Shown: one piece after another, positions 8,941-14,968 of the stretch
Position numbering within the stretch: the stretch's first letter is position 1
Layout: each line of letters starts with the position of its first letter
From: a virus
Taxonomy: Duplodnaviria; Caudoviricetes
DNA length: 24,854 nt
Virus record (IMG/VR): IMGVR_UViG_3300022181_000084
Location: 1-24,854 of that record
Strand: one strand, 5' to 3'
Notes under the pieces: model-generated
Told to the model about the DNA's origin: nothing
What the model saw: only the letters and a program-made list of their open reading frames with translations
Database searches by the model: none
Position numbers and translations under genes: made by a program

Positions 8941-9096
8941 ATGGAAGAATTTAAAAAGGTAATCGAAGAGTTAATCATTACGAGCTTAGAAGAAGTAATG
9001 CTGCAAACTGGATTAGAAAAATATGAAGTATTAAAATTAGCAAAAGAATGTGGGTATGTAATAGATTATCAGGGATATTTGTCTAAAAAAATGTAA
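8941..9096 (+). CDS. 51-aa hypothetical protein (not in ORF track)
   Basis: MEEFKKVIEELIITSLEEVMLQTGLEKYEVLKLAKECGYVIDYQGYLSKKM; strong RBS AGGAGGTG at 8928-8935. Confidence 0.65.
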   Translation: MEEFKKVIEELIITSLEEVMLQTGLEKYEVLKLAKECGYVIDYQGYLSKKM

Positions 9097-9307
9097 ATAT
9101 AGAAACAATAATATTATTTTGGAATAAGAGCCTATTGAAAATGGCAATATATAAAAAATACACAATATGTAAAAATATATATTTACAAGGTGTAATCTAG
9201 TTGTAATATATTATAATTAAGTATGACTCTTTTTAATTTGCTAAATATATTAATGTTAAAAATTAAATGATTATATTAATAGTAAGAAAGAAAAGGAGAG
9301 GTTATTT

Positions 9308-9613
9308 ATGACGGATTCTGTAAAAGCATTGGTAGCTGTAAATAATTTTATGAGGTCAAAAGATCTAAGTTTTGGAGTTTCCTATAGACTTAATGTACAT
9401 GTAGAAAATATTATTGATGAGGATATTAATGTCCAAATTTCTAGAAAAAATAATAATTTTTATAACGTAAATATTTTTTGGGAAGATATAATAATTAATT
9501 ACAAGAACTTAGGTTTGCATGGTTATTATTCAACTATGTACTGCAAATTTTATTTTGAAAATGAAAGTTTAATAATTGTAGATAGCAATGGTAAAAAAAT
9601 TATTCTTAAATAA
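9308..9613 (+). CDS. Hypothetical protein (prophage accessory)
   Basis: 101-aa ORF with RBS AAAGGAGAGG; no family recognised. Confidence 0.6.
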   Translation: MTDSVKALVAVNNFMRSKDLSFGVSYRLNVHVENIIDEDINVQISRKNNNFYNVNIFWEDIIINYKNLGLHGYYSTMYCKFYFENESLIIVDSNGKKIILK

Positions 9614-9697
9614 AATAATAGAAAATATTAATATTTTATTTGCTTAAAAAGAATAATATAAATGATAAAAAAGTGAATTATCGAGGAGCTTATAAAA

Positions 9698-10459
9698 GTG
9701 AGAGATACTATAGTTAGGCCTAGTTATATTCCTGATAAATACGACGGCTATGCATTTATAAAATTTTTTAAAGAAGAAAATTTTTTAAATGATTTTATTT
9801 CTGGGAAGTTGTATATGGGATCTAAAGAAAAATTTGCTATGATGGAATCAATAGGGAGAAGTGATGAATTAGAAAATAAATTTATTATTTCAAAACCTAC
9901 AATGAATATGAAACCAGCATATTCTCTTCAAAAAATGAATGATAAAAATATTATTGTTTTTGATGAAGTACCTAAAAATGGATTTGATGATGGACCATTA
10001 TTGATGATTCATGATAGAAATGCTGAAAGAACGAAAATATTTTGCTTATATACTATTTGGTTTAATACCGAATCTGGAGAAATATACGAAATAAGTGAAG
10101 AAATGGAATCTAATTTCGGAGATTATTGTGCGTTTATCTTTAATCCAGAGGAGTTTTTAAAAATAGTAGAGAATGGCTTAGAGCAAAATAAATGTAACAA
10201 AATTGATTTTGGTTTTGTGGATTATTATAATTTAGAAGATTCAACATTTCATATATGGAATACATTTAAAAAACCATATTTAAATTATCATTATCAAAAC
10301 GAATTTAGGATTTCAATTCTAACAGATAATGATGATGATCACATCCTATATAATTTAGAAAGTGATATAACAAATATTTGTACAAGGACTAAGTATAAGG
10401 ACATTATTGATGGAAAAATATTTATTAGAGATGGATATATATATATGATACAAGAATAG
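9698..10459 (+). CDS. Hypothetical protein, DUF2971-like motif pattern
   Basis: 253 aa, GTG start behind GAGGAG; IKFF...G.LYM, RSDELE, IFCLY, FGDYC, VDYY and FKK..Y.YQNEFRI. Confidence 0.6.
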   Translation: MRDTIVRPSYIPDKYDGYAFIKFFKEENFLNDFISGKLYMGSKEKFAMMESIGRSDELENKFIISKPTMNMKPAYSLQKMNDKNIIVFDEVPKNGFDDGPLLMIHDRNAERTKIFCLYTIWFNTESGEIYEISEEMESNFGDYCAFIFNPEEFLKIVENGLEQNKCNKIDFGFVDYYNLEDSTFHIWNTFKKPYLNYHYQNEFRISILTDNDDDHILYNLESDITNICTRTKYKDIIDGKIFIRDGYIYMIQE

Positions 10460-10548
10460 TTTTAGGCAAGTTTAAAGTAAATAAGAAATTATACTTAAGA
10501 ATAATGGATGTTATCAAATATAAATAATAATATAAATAGATATTTAAT

Positions 10549-10583
10549 AAAAAAGAGCCTAAATCAGCAAACGGCTCTTTTTT
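10549..10583. terminator. Bidirectional rho-independent terminator
   Basis: AAAAAAGAGCC...GGCTCTTTTTT between convergent genes. Confidence 0.85.
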
Positions 10584-10587
10584 AAAC

Positions 10588-10716
10588 TTATTTCTTATTT
10601 GGAATCACAAAATCTCCATTTACTGGGATTCTGAAAGCTTTTTTCCCATATGTTCTTGCATATATCTTAGTACCATCTTTTAATGTTATTGATGCTCTAA
10701 AAATGTATTTCTTCAT
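10588..10716 (-). CDS. 42-aa basic small protein downstream of the XRE/ImmA pair
   Basis: Start revised to ATG 10716 behind AAAGGAGGTG; MKKYIFRASITLKDGTKIYARTYGKKAFRIPVNGDFVIPNKK; terminator immediately after the stop. Confidence 0.75.
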   Translation of the reverse strand: MKKYIFRASITLKDGTKIYARTYGKKAFRIPVNGDFVIPNKK

Positions 10717-10748
10717 ATGGACACCTCCTTTCTTGACAAAAAAATTAT

Positions 10749-10777
10749 TTGCCAAAAAAGAAAATATGTAATACAAT
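10749..10777 (+). promoter_or_regulatory. Putative SigA promoter firing antisense to the immA/small-ORF intergenic region
   Basis: TTGCCA (10749-10754), 17 nt, TACAAT (10772-10777); no plus-strand ORF follows. Confidence 0.45.
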
Positions 10778-10884
10778 AAATTTGAATGTAAGTATTATTG
10801 TATACAGCTGATTTATTTAATTTTTTGGCACCTAGCTTAGCGTCAACTGAACTAGGTAATTTTATTTTAAATAGTTATAACTAT

Positions 10885-11391
10885 TTAAAAACCACAATAT
10901 TTTTTTTGTATCTCGGCAACTTGTCGAGATACTTTGCATTTTTTGGATATTTCGTTAGGTTGCATTTTTTGTACTAATTTGTGTGGTACTAAAAGTTCTG
11001 CTGCGAAAGTATTAGCTTGCCATTCTGGATCTTCGTAAGATTTAATTTGCCCTCTAGCAAAAGAAATAGATGAAGAGGGATGCAAAAAATAGTGTCCTAT
11101 TTCATGAGCTATAGTAAATCTATCTCTATAATTATCATTACAAGCCCCTTCGTAAACTGAGTTTCTTATTACTATCTTCTTTTCTTCTGGAAATATTCGA
11201 GCATAACAATTTAATTCATAGTCTTCAACAATTTCCATATAAAATCCTGGATCTCCGGCCAACTCACTTAAACGTTCCAACAATTCTACGACTGGAAACT
11301 CATAGGAATTTGATAAATCCAAAGCATCTCTTATTAAATCAGTAATTTTTCGTATATCACTTCTGGATCTAGGTTTACTTTTATAATTCAT
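10885..11391 (-). CDS. ImmA/IrrE family (DUF955) Zn metallopeptidase
   Basis: RDRFTIAHEIGH (HExxH) and EWQANTFAAELLVP; start revised to ATG 11391 behind AAGGAG. Confidence 0.9.
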   Translation of the reverse strand: MNYKSKPRSRSDIRKITDLIRDALDLSNSYEFPVVELLERLSELAGDPGFYMEIVEDYELNCYARIFPEEKKIVIRNSVYEGACNDNYRDRFTIAHEIGHYFLHPSSSISFARGQIKSYEDPEWQANTFAAELLVPHKLVQKMQPNEISKKCKVSRQVAEIQKKYCGF

Positions 11392-11396
11392 GTGAA

Positions 11397-11750
11397 TCAA
11401 CTCCTTTTGAAGATTTTTCTAAGATATTCTTTATTCTTATCATCAAGTGAATCAAAATTTCTAGCAAAAGATAGAATTAAATCTTTATCAGAATCATCTT
11501 TTTGATTTAAATCTATATTTATTGAATCAAGGCTATTTTCATATGATCTTTCTAATTCTAAATATTGTTCGTGAGAAAGATTATACTCTGTCTTCAATAT
11601 ATCAAGCCATTTTACAGGAATAGGTCGTTTACCTATTTCTGTAGCAGATAGATAAGATGAACTAATTCCCAATTTATCCGCCATATCTTTAAGTCGTTGA
11701 CCAGTTTCAATTCTTAGTTTTCTTGTGAATATGCCAAATTCATTTAACAT
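11397..11750 (-). CDS. XRE-family HTH regulator
   Basis: Start revised to ATG 11750 behind GGAGG; FG..TRKLRI..GQRLKDMADKLGISSSYLSATEIGKR. Confidence 0.9.
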   Translation of the reverse strand: MLNEFGIFTRKLRIETGQRLKDMADKLGISSSYLSATEIGKRPIPVKWLDILKTEYNLSHEQYLELERSYENSLDSINIDLNQKDDSDKDLILSFARNFDSLDDKNKEYLRKIFKRS

Positions 11751-11811
11751 GGCAATTCCTCCCTTATTCTTTTCAAAAGTAATATTCATGTATTAATAGT
11801 TTCCTAAAAAC

Positions 11812-11864
11812 ATAATATCACATATTTGTGTAAAAAATCAACAAAATTTGTAGAAAAATTTCTA
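11812..11864 (-). promoter_or_regulatory. Putative promoter and operator palindromes for the xre-immA operon
   Basis: Minus strand TTGATT, 18 nt, TATTAT with TGn extension; palindromes CACATATTTGTG (11819-11830), ACAAAATTTGT (11841-11851), TAGAAAAATTTCTA (11851-11864). Confidence 0.4.
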
Positions 11865-11955
11865 AAAAAAGTAGTTCTATTTCATCGGATTAATTTTATG
11901 AGTCTCACTTTTTATTTGCATTTGATATAATTGTTAATAAAAAGGAGGGATAGGA

Positions 11956-12594
11956 TTGAAAAATATTACATTATATTTGATAGGAACAGCAACAGGATTT
12001 GTAATTTTCGCTTTGATACTAGCATTTAATGATTATAATTTATTTGGAGTTGGATTATCAGATGCGTGGATATCTTTCTTAGGAGCAATAGCGGGAGGGA
12101 TTATTACAATAATAGGAGTATATTGTACACTTAAACAGAACAGAGAATTAATGGAAGAATCCCATAATAAACAAATGAAGTTAATGTTAACACAAATAAG
12201 GACTCAATTTTGGATGGAAAAATTTTCAGATGCAATTGCCTATGCAGAAAACATTAATAAAGATATCACAAATTTTGTAAAAGAATTTAATGAAATGGAT
12301 TTAAGTTCTAGATCTGAGAAAACATTTAATATCAATTATCTTAAAAATAAGGTAGATGAACTAGATAAACATTCTTATAGTATTTATCCTATGTTACTTG
12401 TTGATGAAAACTTAAAAAACACATTTGATAATTTTAAATACTATATTTTGGATTTAAATCTTAAAGTAGAATCCAATTTCAACTTTGTACATTATAACAA
12501 AATTAATATGGATGAGATCACTTATGATATAAAGTTGTATAGTAATTATTTTGGAAATCTAATGCACTATGTAATTAGTAAAGAGGAATTATAA
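11956..12594 (+). CDS. Membrane protein with two N-terminal TM helices and a helical soluble domain
   Basis: 212 aa, TTG start behind AAAGGAGG; WISFLGAIAGGIITIIGVYCT-type TM motif. Confidence 0.7.
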   Translation: MKNITLYLIGTATGFVIFALILAFNDYNLFGVGLSDAWISFLGAIAGGIITIIGVYCTLKQNRELMEESHNKQMKLMLTQIRTQFWMEKFSDAIAYAENINKDITNFVKEFNEMDLSSRSEKTFNINYLKNKVDELDKHSYSIYPMLLVDENLKNTFDNFKYYILDLNLKVESNFNFVHYNKINMDEITYDIKLYSNYFGNLMHYVISKEEL

Positions 12595-12618
12595 TTTATA
12601 ATTAATTTTGATATATAT

Positions 12619-12668
12619 TTTCATCCTGGACCTCCTGTAGGATAGGGAAATGGAGGCCCAGAATGAAA
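12619..12668 (-). terminator. 17-bp hairpin between convergent genes (terminator or stabilising stem)
   Basis: TTTCATCCTGGACCTCC (12619-12635) / GGAGGCCCAGAATGAAA (12652-12668); the two plus-strand mismatches become G-U pairs on the minus strand. Confidence 0.55.
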
Positions 12669-12674
12669 TTTTAC

Positions 12675-13172
12675 CTACATTATAATAGATATATATTGAT
12701 CTACTGATTCTTGTATTCTTTTTGTTCTTGGAAATCCACCATTAAGATATCTAGCAATACTATCCCTGCCAACTCCTATTTCTTTAGCACAAGCTTCATA
12801 ACTATGTCCGTGATACTTAATAGCTTTATATAGTTTTTCAGCAAAGGTTCCCTCGGGTAAATTATAAAAATCTCCAACAAAAGAAATTTTTTCATTAGTA
12901 GCGTAAGCTATTTTTTTTATGGTATCAATACGAGGAGACCTTCTTACTTCTGCTTTTGTTATTGCAACCTCTGATAAATTACATAATTTAGCAAAATCTT
13001 TAACAGAAAGATTGAGTTTCTTCCTTATAATGTATATATTGTTAGTAGGAACATTATTTTCATTACTATAATAGAAGGGATTATCTGGAGTGTTAATCTC
13101 ACGGATGCCCTTGCGGAAACTTTTTGAATCAATCAAAGGCATGCAGCTGTAATGATAATAAGATAAAAACAT
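12675..13172 (-). CDS. Double XRE-HTH protein whose reading frame crosses the prophage/comM junction
   Basis: Two HTH units (IRKKLNLSVKDFAKLCNLSEVAITKAE; KAIKYHGHSYEACAKEIGVGRDSIARYLNG); codons 1-22 lie in comM antisense, so the true start is uncertain. Confidence 0.7.
   Translation of the reverse strand: MFLSYYHYSCMPLIDSKSFRKGIREINTPDNPFYYSNENNVPTNNIYIIRKKLNLSVKDFAKLCNLSEVAITKAEVRRSPRIDTIKKIAYATNEKISFVGDFYNLPEGTFAEKLYKAIKYHGHSYEACAKEIGVGRDSIARYLNGGFPRTKRIQESVDQYISIIM
13095..13120. other. Predicted attR junction (crossover about 13104-13108)
   Basis: CACGGA|TGCCCTTGCGGA: the right side encodes CPCG of ComM, the left side does not encode the expected AAMNP. Confidence 0.75.
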
Positions 13173-13585
13173 ATCTATCTAGAGCCTCAACTCCTATTTT
13201 GGATAGAATGGATATTTTTGTCGAAACTTCTCCTATTCCCTATGAGGATTTAGTAGTGGAAATTGATGAGGAGGACTCAGCTACAATTAAGAAAAGGGTA
13301 GAAAAAGCAGTTGAAATTCAAAAAAATAGATTTAAATCCTTGAAAATTAATTACAATAGTCAGATGAATTCTAGGCAAATAACAAAATATTGCATACTAT
13401 CAAAGGAAGCAAAAAGCTTGCTTGAGGCAGCTTTTAAGCAAAGTAATCTGACAGCAAGAAGCTATCATAGGATTTTAAAAGTATCTCGTACTATTGCAGA
13501 TTTGGATTCAAGTGAATTAATTAATATAAATCATATAGCAGAAGCTCTGAATTTCAGGAAAACATTTCATAAGTATTGGGATTAA
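13106..13585 (+). pseudogene. comM: 3' fragment of ComM/YifB Mg-chelatase-like AAA+ ATPase, split by the prophage
   Basis: CPCGNF...CSC...YLSRASTPILDRMDIFVE, LTARSYHRILKVSRTIADL, HIAEALNFR; directly upstream of dprA. Confidence 0.9.
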
Positions 13586-13629
13586 AACGATTTTAAAATA
13601 CGAAATTTTCAAAATTTTCACTGAAAGGA

Positions 13630-14706
13630 TTGACTATGAGCCGAAAAAAGTTATTTTTATCATTATTTAAGAAACTCTCAATTGAAAGACTTGCTTATAT
13701 AGATTCTACTATTGAAGAAGATAATAAGATTCCGAGTATTGAAGAAATGAACGATTCTATTAATTCATCTATAGTTGATAATGAGTTATATTCCTCTAAA
13801 TATGATTATTTTATTCAAATAGAAAACTATATTGAAAAAAATAATTTGAATTATTTGACATACTTTGATGATAAATTTCCTCAAAAGCTAAGAGAGATAG
13901 CACAAGCTCCAAGACTATTATATTACAAGGGAAATTTAGATAATATAGGGGCTCTATCAATAGCTATAGTAGGAACGAGAAAACCATCAAATTATGGGAT
14001 ATGGGCGGCAAATAAATTCTCAAAAGAACTTGCTTCTAATGGGTTTTGTGTAATTAGCGGGATGGCCTCTGGTATTGATAAATTTGCTCACCAAGGAGCC
14101 TTAGAAAGTGATGGAAAAACTATATGTGTACTAGGCTCATCGATAACGAAGCCATATCCCAAAACCAATTCTAAGTTGATGCAAAGTGTGATTGATTCAG
14201 GAGGTTTGGTGATAAGTGAGTATTCTGATTTAAGCCCTATTATTCCTGCGAATTTTGCTTACAGAAATAGAATTGTAAGTGGATTGTCGGATGGGATATT
14301 GATAATTGAAGCTGGAATGAAAAGTGGAACACTCATTACTGCAGATTTTGGATTGGAGCAGGGAAAAAATATTTTTGCAGTACCAGGAAGCATTGACTCT
14401 GTTTCTAGTATTGGTACAAACAACCTAATAAAGCAAGGAGCACAACTAGTAACCTGTGTAAATGATATTTTAGAAGCATATGGAATAAATTATAAAAATG
14501 CCGTGACAGGCAGTAAAGATATGAGCTCTCTTTCTGAGATAGAAAGAACTATATATGGTTGTATTCAAAGTAAGGGAATATGTACTGCTGATATGATATC
14601 AATTCATACTTCACTAAATATTAAAGATGTAACAGGAATTCTCAATATCTTGGATATAAAGTCATTTATTAATTATGATGGACATATAGCGAGTATAAAA
14701 ACATAA
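13630..14706 (+). CDS. dprA: DNA-processing protein DprA (Smf)
   Basis: AIVGTRKPS, ISGMASGID, NFAYRNRIVSGLS, EAGMKSGTLITA, GTNNLIKQGA; start may be ATG 13636. Confidence 0.95.
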   Translation: MTMSRKKLFLSLFKKLSIERLAYIDSTIEEDNKIPSIEEMNDSINSSIVDNELYSSKYDYFIQIENYIEKNNLNYLTYFDDKFPQKLREIAQAPRLLYYKGNLDNIGALSIAIVGTRKPSNYGIWAANKFSKELASNGFCVISGMASGIDKFAHQGALESDGKTICVLGSSITKPYPKTNSKLMQSVIDSGGLVISEYSDLSPIIPANFAYRNRIVSGLSDGILIIEAGMKSGTLITADFGLEQGKNIFAVPGSIDSVSSIGTNNLIKQGAQLVTCVNDILEAYGINYKNAVTGSKDMSSLSEIERTIYGCIQSKGICTADMISIHTSLNIKDVTGILNILDIKSFINYDGHIASIKT

Positions 14707-14712
14707 TGTGTA

Positions 14713-14741
14713 TTGAAATAATTCATTATTTAATATATAAT
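14713..14741 (+). promoter_or_regulatory. Putative SigA promoter upstream of topA
   Basis: TTGAAA, 17 nt, TATAAT; a second candidate TTGACA, 17 nt, TATAAA lies at 14859-14887. Confidence 0.5.
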
Positions 14742-14968
14742 CCATAAAGCATTCAAAATTCAGAATATTATCTTTTAAAAAAATATAATATTATACTTCT
14801 AATGCTGATTACAGCTAATTAAGATTAAGGTTAGTATATGAATCAAATTTGTTTTTATTTGACAAAATTGAATTTTAAATATATAAATAGATTCGTATCG
14901 TTTTTTTAAGCAAATTGTTTTATTTATATTATATATAAGCAACCAGATAAAATATTTGAGGTGAAATA

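Larger units (their letters stand above)
1..13105. mobile_element. Right arm of a prophage (contractile-tail, PBSX/Xkd-like) integrated in comM; left part lies outside the window
   Basis: Contiguous baseplate, tail fibre, lysis and accessory genes, ending where the comM frame begins abruptly at C-P-C-G (13106), with an in-frame TAA at 13094-13096 just upstream. Confidence 0.9.

Noticed and set aside
10733-10761. TTGACA at 10733 as a -35 element
   Set aside because: No -10 at 16-18 nt; better explained as one copy of the TTG(A/C)CAAAAAA repeat
13124-13585. 153-aa ORF as an independent gene
   Set aside because: It is the C-terminal part of ComM; similarity extends upstream of the TTG to 13106 and there is no convincing RBS
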